A stretch of DNA of 64,000 nucleotides from the NCBI GenBank assembly GCA_963785725.1, contig CAWAWS010000029.1, forward strand, positions 64,001 to 128,000, written 5' to 3'. Position numbers and translations under genes: made by a program. Shown piece by piece: positions 9,139 through 20,724 of this stretch (position 1 is the stretch's first letter; the number at the start of each line of letters is the position of its first letter). Source of the stretch: an uncultured delta proteobacterium. Lineage in GTDB: Bacteria > Myxococcota_A > Polyangia > Palsa-1104. A model generated the notes under the pieces. The model did not search any database. It was given only the letters and a program-made list of their open reading frames with translations, and had not been told where the DNA came from.

Positions 9139-10286
9139 CTACCGCGACCCGACCGCGCGTCCTCTTCGTCGACGACGAGGTCAACGTCTTGCGCGGCATC
9201 GCGCGCACGCTGCACGCCGGCTACGAAGTGCACACCGCCGGCGGCGGCGAGGAGGCGCTGGCCAAGCTCGCCGCCGACGGCCCGTTCGCCGCCGTCGTCT
9301 CCGACATGCGCATGCCGGGCATGGACGGCGCCGCCTTTCTGCAGCGGGCCTTCGCGCAAGCGCCCGACACCGTACGCCTCTTGTTGACGGGCCAAGCCGA
9401 CATGGACGCGGCGATCTCGGCCATCAACGACGGGCGCATCTTCCGCTTCTTGGCCAAGCCCTGCCCGGCGGCGACGTTGACGGCGGCGCTGGCGGCGGCG
9501 GTCGAGCAGCATCGGCTGATCACGGCCGAGAAAGATCTGCTCGAGCAGACGCTGCGCGGCGCGGTGACGGCGCTCGTCGAGACCTTGGCGCTGACGCATC
9601 CGCTGGCGTTCGGGCGCGCGCTGCGGCTCAAGAAGCGCGCGGCCGAATTGGCCGCGGCGCTGCCGCAGGTGGCGGCCTGGCCCATCGAAGTCGCGGCCAT
9701 GCTGTCGCAGCTCGGCTCGGCGTCGCTGCCGGTGTCGGTGCTCGAGCGGCTGCACCGCGGCGAGCCGCTGCGCGCCGACGAGCGCGAGATGGTCGATCGC
9801 GCGGCGCAGATCGGCGACACGCTCGTCGGCCACCTGCCGCGCCTCGAGAAGGTGCGCGAGATCCTCAAGAACCAGCGCAAAGGCTACGACGGCAGCGGGC
9901 AGCCGTATGATTCGCTGGCGGGCGAGGCCATTCCGCTCGGCGCGCGCCTGATGCGGATCATCGACGACTACGACGTGCTCGAAGCGCGCGGCCACAACCC
10001 GGCGGTGAGCCTGCAGGTGCTGCGCTCGCGCGAAGGCATCTACGATCCCAAGCTGCTGCAGCTCGTCGAGGATATGTGGGTCTCGACGCATGTCGCGGCG
10101 GTGCGGGTGCGCGAGCTGAAGGTCAACGAGCTGCGCGTCGGCATGATCTTGGCGAGCGACGTGTTCGCGTCCAACGGCATGCTGCTGGTGACGCACGGCC
10201 ACGAGGTGACGGTCAGCCTCGTCGAGCGGCTGCGCAACTTCGATCGCATCGGCGTCCGCGAGCCGCTGCTCGTCCGCGCGGCGTAA
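9135..10286 (+). CDS. Response regulator REC + degenerate HD-GYP-like domain
   Basis: ATGA overlap; SDMRMPGMDG; MLSQLG in place of LHDIG; YDGSGQP...GEAIPLGARL. Confidence 0.88.
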   Translation: MTTATRPRVLFVDDEVNVLRGIARTLHAGYEVHTAGGGEEALAKLAADGPFAAVVSDMRMPGMDGAAFLQRAFAQAPDTVRLLLTGQADMDAAISAINDGRIFRFLAKPCPAATLTAALAAAVEQHRLITAEKDLLEQTLRGAVTALVETLALTHPLAFGRALRLKKRAAELAAALPQVAAWPIEVAAMLSQLGSASLPVSVLERLHRGEPLRADEREMVDRAAQIGDTLVGHLPRLEKVREILKNQRKGYDGSGQPYDSLAGEAIPLGARLMRIIDDYDVLEARGHNPAVSLQVLRSREGIYDPKLLQLVEDMWVSTHVAAVRVRELKVNELRVGMILASDVFASNGMLLVTHGHEVTVSLVERLRNFDRIGVREPLLVRAA

Positions 10287-10571
10287 TCCTAGTCTCGCTG
10301 GGCATTCAATCGTTCGTCGGTGGTCGCACGCGACCGGCGCCGACGGCGCGCCGACGACGACGACGGACGCGCTGCATCCGCTCACCATCGTCAACAGGCC
10401 GAGCCCAGCCACGACCGCTGCGAGCCTCATGGTCGGTGGAGGACACGAGCCCACCGACCGTCGCATCTTTTTATGGAATGCCGGAGTTGTGCAGCCCTTA
10501 GCCGCGGCAATTCGTCGCAGCCCCCCTCAAGCGCCAAGTTTCCTGGTCGATTCGTTTAGACGGGAGAAAAC

Positions 10572-12095
10572 ATGTCTGAAGCCTTACATCCGCCCGAGTG
10601 GCATCGTGAGCTGTTCGACAACAGCCCCACTCCGATCCTCGTGATCGACGCGCGGACGCTCGAGTTTCTCGCCGTCAACGAGACCGCGCTGCGCCACTAT
10701 GGCTACTCCCGCCACGAGCTCTTGAAGCTCAAGATCGCCGATCTGTCCGAGACCCGTGAGATTCCGCCGCAGCTGCGCACCGACGCCACCGAATGGACGG
10801 GCTCGGCGCGTCACCGGCAAAAGAGCGGCTGTATCATCAACGTCGAGCTGGCCGCCCGCGCCGTCAGCTTCGCCGGCCGTCCGGCGCGCATGCTGGTCGT
10901 CCGCGACGTGACCGAGCAGCTGCGCCTGCAAGAGCAGCTGCAGCAGTCGGTGAAGATGGACGCGCTCGGTCGCCTCGCCGGCGGCGTCGCCCACGACTTC
11001 AACAACCTGCTCAGCGTCGTGCTCGGCTATACGGCGCTGATGCTGGAGGACGTGCCCGTCGAGCAGCCGATGCACGCCGACTTGCAAGAGGTCGTGCGCG
11101 CCGCCGAGCGCGCCGCCGAGCTGACGCGGCAGCTGTTGGCTTTTTCGCGCCACAACGTCACCGAGCGGCGCACGCTCGACGTCAACACCGTCGTCGGCGG
11201 CATGAGCAAGATGCTGCGCCGGATTCTGCCCGAGGACATCGATCTGCAGATGTCGGCGGCCGCGCCCGGCGCCGCCATCGACGGTGACGCCGGCCAGATC
11301 GAGAACATCCTCATGAACCTGGCCGTGAACGCGCGCGACGCCATGCCCACCGGCGGCCGCCTCACGATCGAGACCAGCAACGTCGAGCTCGACGAGGAGT
11401 TCACGCGCAGCCACTTCGGCGCCAAGCCGGGCCCGCACGTCATGGTCGCCGTCAGCGACACCGGCATCGGCATGGACAAGCAGACGCGCGCCCGCATCTT
11501 CGAGCCGTTCTTCACGACCAAGGCGCAAGGCAAGGGCACCGGGCTCGGCTTGTCGACGGTCTTCGGCATCGTCCAGCAGTACGGCGGCGTCATTTGGGTC
11601 TACAGCGAGCTCGGCCGCGGCACGACGTTCAAGATCTTCATCCCGCGCGCCGCGTCCGCCGCCATCGCCGCCGGTGAAAAGAAGGACGCGCACCTGACGC
11701 GCGGCACCGAGACCATCCTGCTCGCCGAGGACGAGGCGCAAGTGCGCGCCGTCGCCGCCGGCATCTTGCGGCGCGGCGGCTATCGCGTCGTCGAGGCGGC
11801 GTCGCCGACGGAAGCGCTGGTCTTGTGTCAGGAACATCCAGGCGCCATCGATCTGCTGGTGACCGATCTGGTGATGCCGCAGATGAACGGCAACGAGCTG
11901 GCGTCGCGGCTGCGCTCGCTGCGTCCCGGCCTCAAAGTGCTCTACATGTCGGGCTATACCGAGATCGTCATGGGTCCGCACTTGGCGGCCGATTCGCTGT
12001 TCCTGCAGAAGCCGTTCACGCCCGACGGGCTGACGTCCAAAGTGCGCGCGCTGCTCGACGCGACGCCGGCGCCGAACCTGCGCGCCACCGGTTAG
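10572..12095 (+). CDS. PAS hybrid histidine kinase (CckA-like)
   Basis: GVAHDFNNLL, NLAVNARDAMP, DTGIGM, FEPFFTTK, C-terminal REC. Confidence 0.94.
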   Translation: MSEALHPPEWHRELFDNSPTPILVIDARTLEFLAVNETALRHYGYSRHELLKLKIADLSETREIPPQLRTDATEWTGSARHRQKSGCIINVELAARAVSFAGRPARMLVVRDVTEQLRLQEQLQQSVKMDALGRLAGGVAHDFNNLLSVVLGYTALMLEDVPVEQPMHADLQEVVRAAERAAELTRQLLAFSRHNVTERRTLDVNTVVGGMSKMLRRILPEDIDLQMSAAAPGAAIDGDAGQIENILMNLAVNARDAMPTGGRLTIETSNVELDEEFTRSHFGAKPGPHVMVAVSDTGIGMDKQTRARIFEPFFTTKAQGKGTGLGLSTVFGIVQQYGGVIWVYSELGRGTTFKIFIPRAASAAIAAGEKKDAHLTRGTETILLAEDEAQVRAVAAGILRRGGYRVVEAASPTEALVLCQEHPGAIDLLVTDLVMPQMNGNELASRLRSLRPGLKVLYMSGYTEIVMGPHLAADSLFLQKPFTPDGLTSKVRALLDATPAPNLRATG

Positions 12096-12148
12096 CCGCT
12101 CGCCTTTACACGCCGCGCGACCAGCGGCTCGACGCGGTAGGATGCCGC

Positions 12149-13568
12149 ATGCTCGCGGCCTGGCACTTCCTGCTGCCTCACGTGACGAGCCTCGTCGGCG
12201 TCATCATGGGCGCCTATCTCGTGTTGCGACTGCTCGGCGAGCGCCGTCCCACCGGCTCGACGATGGCCTGGATCTTCGCGGTGCTCCTCGTTCCCTATGT
12301 CGGCGTGCCGTTCTATCTCGTCTTCGGCGGCCGCAAGCTCAAGCGTAAGGCGGCGTCCAAGGACGAGCTCTACGGCGCCGGCGAGACCGCGGCCGTGGAC
12401 GCGCTCGGCGACGAGCCGGTGGCGCGCATGCTGTGCGCGTTCGGCGTGCCGCCGCCCTGCGCCGGCAACCACTGTCGGCTCCTGACGACGGGCGAGCAGG
12501 CGTGGGCGACGCTCCTCGAGACGATCGACAACGCGCAACATCGGCTGCACATCTCGACGCTGATCCTCGGCGACGACGAGATCGGCGACGAGGTGATCGC
12601 GCGGCTGACCAAGCGCGCGCAGGCCGGCGTCGAGGTGCGGCTGCTCATGGACGCGCTGTTCATGCCCTATTCGGCGGGTCGGCGACTGAAGCCGCTCCTG
12701 CGGGCGGGCGGTCGCACGGCCGCGTTCATGCCGGTCGTGCACCTCTCGTTCTCGGGCCACGCGAATCTGCGGCTGCACCGCAAGATCGTCGTCGCCGATG
12801 ATCGCGTGGCCATCGTCGGCGGCATGAACTTGGCGCTCGAGTACATGGGACCGACGCCGCTGCAGACGCGCTGGCACGATCTGTCGGCGCGCGTCGTCGG
12901 GCCGGCCGTGCGCGACATCGCGGCCATCTTCCGCGCCGACTGGGCCTTCGCCGCCGGCGAGACGCTGGCCGCGCCGTCGTCGACCGCGGGCGACGCCGCG
13001 CTCGCCGACGGCACCACGGCGACCGACGGCGCGTCCACGCGCCTGCAAGTCGTCGGCAGCGGCCCCGACGTGCAGAGCGATTCTGCTCTACGACGCCTTC
13101 TTGTCGGCGATTTTCGACGCCCGCCAGCGCCTGTGGTTCGCGACGCCGTACTTCGTGCCCGACGAAGCGCTCACGCACGCCATCATCCTCGCCGTTCGCC
13201 GCGGCGTCGACGTGCGCATCCTCGTGCCCGCCAAGTCCGACCACTTCATCGCCGACTTGGCCGGCTTCAGCACGCTGCGCGACATCGCCGCCGTCGGCGC
13301 CCGCATCGACGCGTTCGGCCCGGGCATGATGCACGCCAAGGTCATCATCGTCGACGACGCGCTCGGCATCATGGGCAGCGCCAATCTCGACATGCGCAGC
13401 CTCTTCCTCGATTACGAGATCGCGCTCTTCACGTCGACGGCCGCGGACGTGCGCGCGCTCGCCGCCTGGTACGAGTCGCTCTTGCCGAGCTGCGGGCCGC
13501 TGGCGCCGGCCGGTCGCGTGCGCGCCTTCGGCGAAGATGTCTGCCGCTTGCTGGGCCCGCTCGTGTAG
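12149..13568 (+). CDS. cls: Cardiolipin synthase (PLD family), +1 frameshift near 13081
   Basis: Two N-terminal TMs; HRKIVVAD...GGMN and HAKVIIVD...GSANLDMRS in different frames; deleting one T joins them (GPDVQSD-LLYDAF). Confidence 0.9.
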
Positions 13569-13730
13569 CTGCCGTCGCCCAGCCGTCGCGGCCGCCGACG
13601 TCGCTGGCTATGTGGCGACAACGCTTGGGGATGTAGTTGCGCCAGCGCGACTACGCGATGTTCCCAGTTGATCTCGCACATCCACGGACGTACGATACCT
13701 TACGTCGCCGGGTGGCGGGTGAGGGTGACC

Positions 13731-14036
13731 ATGGGCAAGCGGAGCGACGACATCGCGGTGCTGGTTTCCTACTTGGCCGACCAGATCGAAGAGATCGGCC
13801 AGCGTGGCGCGGCGCTGCAGGCGCAGCAGCAGATCCTGCTCGACGTCGTCGAAGAGAAGCTGGCCGAGTCCCGCTGCGCCGACGACGTGCCGCGGGACGC
13901 CATCGCCGGCCTCATCGGCCTACGCGTGCAGCTGCGGCGCGCGCTCGGCTTGCAGGACTCGCTGGCGCCGGCCCGCCCGCCCGGCCACGGCGATCACGAC
14001 GGCCCGGCGGCACCGTTCAGGCGCGCGGCCGGCTGA
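13731..14036 (+). CDS. Small hypothetical helical protein
   Basis: MGKRSDDIAVLVSYLADQIEE..., host-like codons, SD-like GAGGG upstream. Confidence 0.55.
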   Translation: MGKRSDDIAVLVSYLADQIEEIGQRGAALQAQQQILLDVVEEKLAESRCADDVPRDAIAGLIGLRVQLRRALGLQDSLAPARPPGHGDHDGPAAPFRRAAG

Positions 14037-15427
14037 GCCGCGCTGACGGCGCGCGGTAGGCTGAGCCAGAAGCAGGCGCCGCCGTCACCGGCGCCACCGT
14101 CGACGCCGATGTCGCCGCCGTAAGCGCCGACCAGCTTCTTGACGGTCGCCAAGCCGAGGCCGAAGCCGGGCTGCTTGCGCGCGCCGTCGAGCCGCACGAA
14201 GGGCTCGAAGATCTTGCCGCGCTTCTCGGCGGGAATGCCCGGCCCGCTGTCCTCGACCTCGAGCCGCACGCGTCCGTCGCCGCCGCCGTGCACGCGCACG
14301 TCGACGTGACGGCGCGGCTGCCCGGCGACGTATTTGACGGCGTTGCGCACCAAGTTGCCGACGATCGAGAGCAGCGCCGCGCGCGAGCAGGCGACGCTGA
14401 CGCCGACCTCGATGTCGACGTCGATCTCGGTGCCGCTGGTGCGCGCCTCGTCGCGGATGGCGCCGACCACCTCGTCGACGACGCCGCTGACGTCGGTGTG
14501 CTCGCCCGGCTGCGGCCGCGCACCCGACACCGCGAACTCGAGCAGGCCGTCGATGAGCTGGGTCATCGAGCGCAGCTGCTGCGCCAGCTTGGCGAACGAC
14601 GCCTTGTCCTCGCCGCGCTGCTCCGCCAGCATCACGCGCAGCCCCATCGCCGTCAGCGGATTCTTCAGGTCGTGCGCGATGCGGCCGGCGAACTGCTCGA
14701 GCTCCTGTGCGCGCTCTTCGGCCAGCCGGCGCCGCGCGTCGGCCACGCCGGCCCAATCGTGCATCGCCCGCGCGCTCGAGATGAGCAGTCCCGCGGCCAC
14801 CGCCGTCGCCAACAGCTGCAGCGCGTAGGAGATGGCCGCGATGCGACCGCGCAGCCGGGAGATTCGCCGCGTCGACTGGCTCAGCTCGGCGGCGTTGCGC
14901 TCGATGAGCTGCTCGATGCCTTCGGCGGCGCGCGCCGCTCGCACGTGCACTTCGATGCGTGACAGCTGCCGCGCGTCGCGCATCTCGCCGCGCTCGAGCA
15001 TGCGCAGGAGCTTCTCCACCGAACGCTCGAAGTCGTCGACGTTCTCGCCGAGATCGCGATAGAGCGCGCGCTCGCCCGGGTCGGTCGGCAGCGCCAGATA
15101 GCGCGCCAAGGCCATGCGCAGCTTGGCGTCGTCGGTGAGGAAGAAGCTGCGATCGATGGGCAGGCCGTCCGCCGCCGCCGAGAACGCCAGCGACGCCGAC
15201 GTCTCCATCTGCCGCAGCGCCGAACGGGCTTCGTCCAGGTGTTGAATCGACGGCGCCGCGTTGCCGGCGATGGCGTCACTCTCGCGGTCGATCGCGCGCA
15301 GCGAGCCGAGCGAGTAGAGGTTCGCGGCCAAGAAGCAGGCCACGGCGACCGCCGTCGCCCCGAACAGCCACGGCCAAGGCGCCGAGCGGGTCGGGCGAAC
15401 CGAATGAGATCGCGTCCGGATCACCAT
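13994..15427 (-). CDS. Membrane histidine kinase with four-helix-bundle-like sensor
   Basis: Two TMs, IAHDLKNPL, NLVRNAVKY, DSGPGI, FEPF, GFGLGL. Confidence 0.92.
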   Translation of the reverse strand: MVIRTRSHSVRPTRSAPWPWLFGATAVAVACFLAANLYSLGSLRAIDRESDAIAGNAAPSIQHLDEARSALRQMETSASLAFSAAADGLPIDRSFFLTDDAKLRMALARYLALPTDPGERALYRDLGENVDDFERSVEKLLRMLERGEMRDARQLSRIEVHVRAARAAEGIEQLIERNAAELSQSTRRISRLRGRIAAISYALQLLATAVAAGLLISSARAMHDWAGVADARRRLAEERAQELEQFAGRIAHDLKNPLTAMGLRVMLAEQRGEDKASFAKLAQQLRSMTQLIDGLLEFAVSGARPQPGEHTDVSGVVDEVVGAIRDEARTSGTEIDVDIEVGVSVACSRAALLSIVGNLVRNAVKYVAGQPRRHVDVRVHGGGDGRVRLEVEDSGPGIPAEKRGKIFEPFVRLDGARKQPGFGLGLATVKKLVGAYGGDIGVDGGAGDGGACFWLSLPRAVSAAQPAARLNGAAGPS

Positions 15428-15605
15428 AGATGCGACGCGCCAGGCGACGGCGCGGTTCCCTGAACGTGACGGGCTTTACCGCTTCTTTACGTTTCGTTAC
15501 CGTCCCCGCACAAAGGGAACGAGCGCTCAGTCGAACGCCTGACGTCGTCGCACGGTCGCCACCCGAAAATGCGAGCACTGCGGCGGGTGACGAGCGGCGG
15601 ACGAA

Positions 15606-15773
15606 TTACGACTTCGGCTTGGTCGCGCGCTTCTTGCGCGGCGCCTTCGGCTTGGCTCCGCTCGTCTGGGCCGGCGCAGCCTCGGCCGCGACCGATTCCC
15701 ACGACGTCGCCATCGTCTGCAAGTCCGCCACAATCTGCGAATTCAGGCTCACAAGACCCGCCAAAGTGCTCAT
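15606..15773 (-). CDS. Candidate 55-aa small protein with Lys/Arg-rich tail
   Basis: MSTLAGLVSLNSQIVADLQTMATSWESVAAEAAPAQTSGAKPKAPRKKRATKPKS*. Confidence 0.45.
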   Translation of the reverse strand: MSTLAGLVSLNSQIVADLQTMATSWESVAAEAAPAQTSGAKPKAPRKKRATKPKS

Positions 15774-15906
15774 GGTCGGGCATTGTGAGCTGATCTCGCC
15801 CTCGGTTGCAACCTTGCGTGCTTTCGCTATCCGTTAGGTGTAATCTTGCCAAGGCCTTGGACGATCTTCGCGACGCTGGCTCGGCCATCGAGGGGCAAAA
15901 GTAAGC

Positions 15907-17475
<1,569 letters not shown>

Positions 17476-17478
17476 TCG

Positions 17479-18315
17479 TTACGGCTGCGTCGCCAGCCAG
17501 GCTTCGATGGTCGCGCTGTAGCGGGCCGCGCTCGGGATGTCGAGGTGAATGCCGTCCTGGGTCCGATAGGCCGTGAGGTCGGCGGCCGGCAGCCACGGCA
17601 CCTCGGGAAACGCCGCGTGCACCGCCGCGCGAATGGCCGTCGAATAAGGCGAGCCGAACAGCGCCGGATGCTTGGGCGGCTCGAAGAAGTAGACGGCCAC
17701 TCTGCGCGCGCGCACGGCGTCGATTTGCGACCGCAGCGCGGCGAGGCTCGCGCGCAGCGACTGCGGCGTCGGCGCGACCGCCTCTTTGGCGGCCGCCGTT
17801 TGCACGAGCTGCGCGAACAGCTCCGGCCGCGTCGTCGGCTCGCTGACCGGACCGCGATCTTGCCCAGCCAGGTGCTTGGCCAGCTTGTTGAGGATGACGC
17901 CCGGCTGATAGGCGTCGCGCAAGACCGGCAGCCAGCGGCGCAAGTGAAAGGTGATGGGATTGAACAGCTGGCCGAGCAGATCTTCGCTCGGATCGCGCAG
18001 CAGCGTCTCGCCGACTTCGATGAGCACGCACCGCGGCTTGGTGTTCGCGCGACGGATGACGTCGAGCCCGGTCAAGGCGCCGTCGCCGGAGAGCGCAAAG
18101 CTGAACACGCCCGAGGCCGGGCTGAAGACGAGGCGCGACAGCTTCGACGAGCCACAAGCGATGGTCGGCGGCGCCGCGTCGTAGATGACGCGCTCGGCCC
18201 GGATGAGGTTCTCTTGCTCGGCGCCGTCGCCCGAGCCGCCGTCGGGAAACAGGCGCGGCACCACGACTTCGTAAGCCGCGACGATGAACGCCGCGACGAC
18301 GAAGATGCGCCACAC
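17479..18315 (-). CDS. SGNH-like (DltD/AlgJ/AlgX-type) partner of MBOAT; start uncertain
   Basis: N-terminal TM, CGSS, C-terminal DGIHLD (DxxH). Confidence 0.65.
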   Translation of the reverse strand: MWRIFVVAAFIVAAYEVVVPRLFPDGGSGDGAEQENLIRAERVIYDAAPPTIACGSSKLSRLVFSPASGVFSFALSGDGALTGLDVIRRANTKPRCVLIEVGETLLRDPSEDLLGQLFNPITFHLRRWLPVLRDAYQPGVILNKLAKHLAGQDRGPVSEPTTRPELFAQLVQTAAAKEAVAPTPQSLRASLAALRSQIDAVRARRVAVYFFEPPKHPALFGSPYSTAIRAAVHAAFPEVPWLPAADLTAYRTQDGIHLDIPSAARYSATIEAWLATQP

Positions 18316-19664
18316 CGGCGCGCGCTCAATTCGCCGGTCGTCGAATGGCCGGCATGGGCGCGGCGCCAGGCGTGATGCGCGTGATAAACGATGACGGGGA
18401 CACTGTAGATACCGATATTGAATAATAAATAATAATTCATTGGTAATGCGCGTTGAGTCGCCAATGAATGCACGAAGAGCAGCACTTGATGGAAGTCGGG
18501 TAATTTGAAGAGCAGCCACGCGGCCGTGACGAGCGAAAAGACGAGCGCGACTTTGAGCGCGCGCGCGACGAAGCCGACGGCGCGACGCGGACGGCTGCCT
18601 TGCACCAGCCGCTCGACGGCGAGCAAGAGGCCGTGCACGCTGCCCCAAACGGCGTAGCTCCAGGCGGCGCCGTGCCATAAGCCGCCCAAGAACATGACGA
18701 TGAATAGATTGAAATAGGTGCGTAATGGACCGTTACGATTACCACCCAATGGAATATAGAGATATTGGCGTAAGAAGCTGGAGAGCGAGATATGCCAGCG
18801 CTGCCAGAATTCGGAGAATGATTCGGCGATATAAGGGAAGTCGAAGTTGATCGGTAAGCGATAGCCGAACAAGCCGCCGAGGCCGAGCGCGATCAGTGAA
18901 TAACCGGCGAAATCGGCGAATATTTGCATCGAATAGCCGAATAAGAGCGCCAATAGTGTGACGCTCGACCAGTTGAGGAAATAGGGATAGGCGATCCAAT
19001 AGGTGAATTCCTTCAAATGATCGGCGACGACCATTTTCAGGAAATAGCCGAGGATCAAGTCGTGCGTGACGCGCGACCAATCGACGTCGCCTAACGTTTT
19101 TGGCGCGATTTGCGGCAGGAACTCGTGCGCTTTGACGATCGGTCCGGCCACGAGCTGCGGGAAGAACGCTTTGAAGAACGAGATGCGCACGAAGTGGACG
19201 GAGAAGCGGCGGTCGAGCGTGATCGAAGGCGACGGGGAGCGCGCGCTGCGATAAGCGTCGACGACGAGGCTGATGCCTTGAAACGTGAAGAACGAGATGC
19301 CGACCGGAAGTGGTAGCGCGAGTAGGAATTCGCCGACGCGATCGCCGGCGGTGGGCGCAAACAACGTTCGGTAAAAGAGGCCGCTGTACTTGAAGAACAA
19401 GAGCACGCCGAGGTTCGTGCCGACGCCGAGCAAGGCCCAGGCAAAGCGGCGATTGGCGCGACCGAAGGTGACGAAATAGCTGGCCAGCGCATTGACCGAA
19501 ATCGAATAGACGAGCAGTAAAAGCAGCTTTGGCTGGTGATAGCCGTAAAAGACGAGGCTGGCCGCCAGCAAAAGGTGAATTTGCGCGCGCTGTAATGGCC
19601 GCCAGTAATAAAGCGGGAATACACAAATGACGAGGAGTACGAAAGCCCAGCTATTGAAGAGCAT
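18072..19664 (-). CDS. MBOAT O-acyltransferase (AlgI/DltB family); 3' end unclear
   Basis: MLFNS, LPVGISFFTFQ, FFPQLVAGPI, QIFADFAGYS, FWQRWHISLS, GLWHGA. Confidence 0.92.
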   Translation of the reverse strand: MLFNSWAFVLLVICVFPLYYWRPLQRAQIHLLLAASLVFYGYHQPKLLLLLVYSISVNALASYFVTFGRANRRFAWALLGVGTNLGVLLFFKYSGLFYRTLFAPTAGDRVGEFLLALPLPVGISFFTFQGISLVVDAYRSARSPSPSITLDRRFSVHFVRISFFKAFFPQLVAGPIVKAHEFLPQIAPKTLGDVDWSRVTHDLILGYFLKMVVADHLKEFTYWIAYPYFLNWSSVTLLALLFGYSMQIFADFAGYSLIALGLGGLFGYRLPINFDFPYIAESFSEFWQRWHISLSSFLRQYLYIPLGGNRNGPLRTYFNLFIVMFLGGLWHGAAWSYAVWGSVHGLLLAVERLVQGSRPRRAVGFVARALKVALVFSLVTAAWLLFKLPDFHQVLLFVHSLATQRALPMNYYLLFNIGIYSVPVIVYHAHHAWRRAHAGHSTTGELSARRCGASSSSRRSSSRLTKSWCRACFPTAARATAPSKRTSSGPSASSTTRRRRPSLVARRSCRASSSARPRACSALRSPATAP

Positions 19665-19746
19665 TCGCCGGCGACGCCGAATGTGAGCTCACCCGATACA
19701 CGCGCGAATATATAGCAGTCGCCAATGAGCGCGAATTGGAAATACG

Positions 19747-20697
19747 TCAGTCGCGGCTGGCGTGCTTCTTGGCGTAAACGTCGCGGACGGCGCGGGCGAG
19801 CGCCTTTTCGTCGATGGGCTCGTGCTGCCCGCGCAGGATCGACGCCATCGCGCGCGACATCTCTTCCGCGCTCTCGAAGCGGTCGTTCGGCGCTTGCGCC
19901 AGCGCCGTGTGCACGACTTCGGCCAGCGCCGCCGGAATGTCGGGACGAAAGTCGCGGATCGACGGCACTTGATGGGCAGCGATGCGCTTTAGGACCTCGA
20001 TCGCGTCGCCGCCGCCGAAGAGCGGACGACCGGCCAGCGCCTCCCACAAGACGATGCCGACGCCGAAGATGTCGCTGCGCGGCGTCGCCTGCTGCCGCTT
20101 GACCAGCTCGGGCGCTAGATAAGACAGCTTGCCTTTGACGATGCCGGGCGCCGTCATCGCCGCGCGATCGGCGGCGCGCGCCAAGCCGAAATCGGCCAGC
20201 TTGACGATGCCCATGACGCTCATGAGCACGTTGGCCGGCGTCACGTCGCGATGGACGATCGGCGCCGGCCGGCCCGCGCCGTCGACGCGCTCGTGCGCAC
20301 ACGACAGGGCGCGCAAGATCTCGATGCCGATGGCGGTCACGAGGTGCCACGGCGTCTGCCGCTCGGGAAAGGCGCGCATCCAGGTCTCGAGATCGATGCC
20401 GTCGATCCACTCCATGACGATGAAATAGCGGCCTTCGTCATCTTGATCGAAGTCGTGAATCTGCACGATGTTGGGATGCTGCAGCTCGGAGACGACGCGC
20501 GCCTCCTCGACGAACATGGCGACGAAGCTGGCGTCGCTGGCGAGGTTGGGCAAGACGCGCTTGATGGCGACCGGGCAGGTGAAGCCGGCGGCGCCGTGGG
20601 TGACGCCGCGCCAGACCTTGGCCATGCCGCCTTCGCCGACCGGTTCGATGAGCTCGTACTTGCCCGCGACCCAACGATTGGAGGACATCGCCTTCAT
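19747..20697 (-). CDS. Soluble Ser/Thr protein kinase
   Basis: GEGGMAKV, VAIKR, HRDVTPANV, DFGLA, GKLSYLAPE. Confidence 0.94.
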   Translation of the reverse strand: MKAMSSNRWVAGKYELIEPVGEGGMAKVWRGVTHGAAGFTCPVAIKRVLPNLASDASFVAMFVEEARVVSELQHPNIVQIHDFDQDDEGRYFIVMEWIDGIDLETWMRAFPERQTPWHLVTAIGIEILRALSCAHERVDGAGRPAPIVHRDVTPANVLMSVMGIVKLADFGLARAADRAAMTAPGIVKGKLSYLAPELVKRQQATPRSDIFGVGIVLWEALAGRPLFGGGDAIEVLKRIAAHQVPSIRDFRPDIPAALAEVVHTALAQAPNDRFESAEEMSRAMASILRGQHEPIDEKALARAVRDVYAKKHASRD

Positions 20698-20724
20698 CGT
20701 ACTCCTCTTCGGCGAGCGGCGGAA

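Noticed and set aside
19733..19746. 'YFQF' coding patch upstream of the MBOAT, resembling the missing AlgI C-terminus
   Set aside because: Only 12 nt, with no start or stop context; chance cannot be excluded
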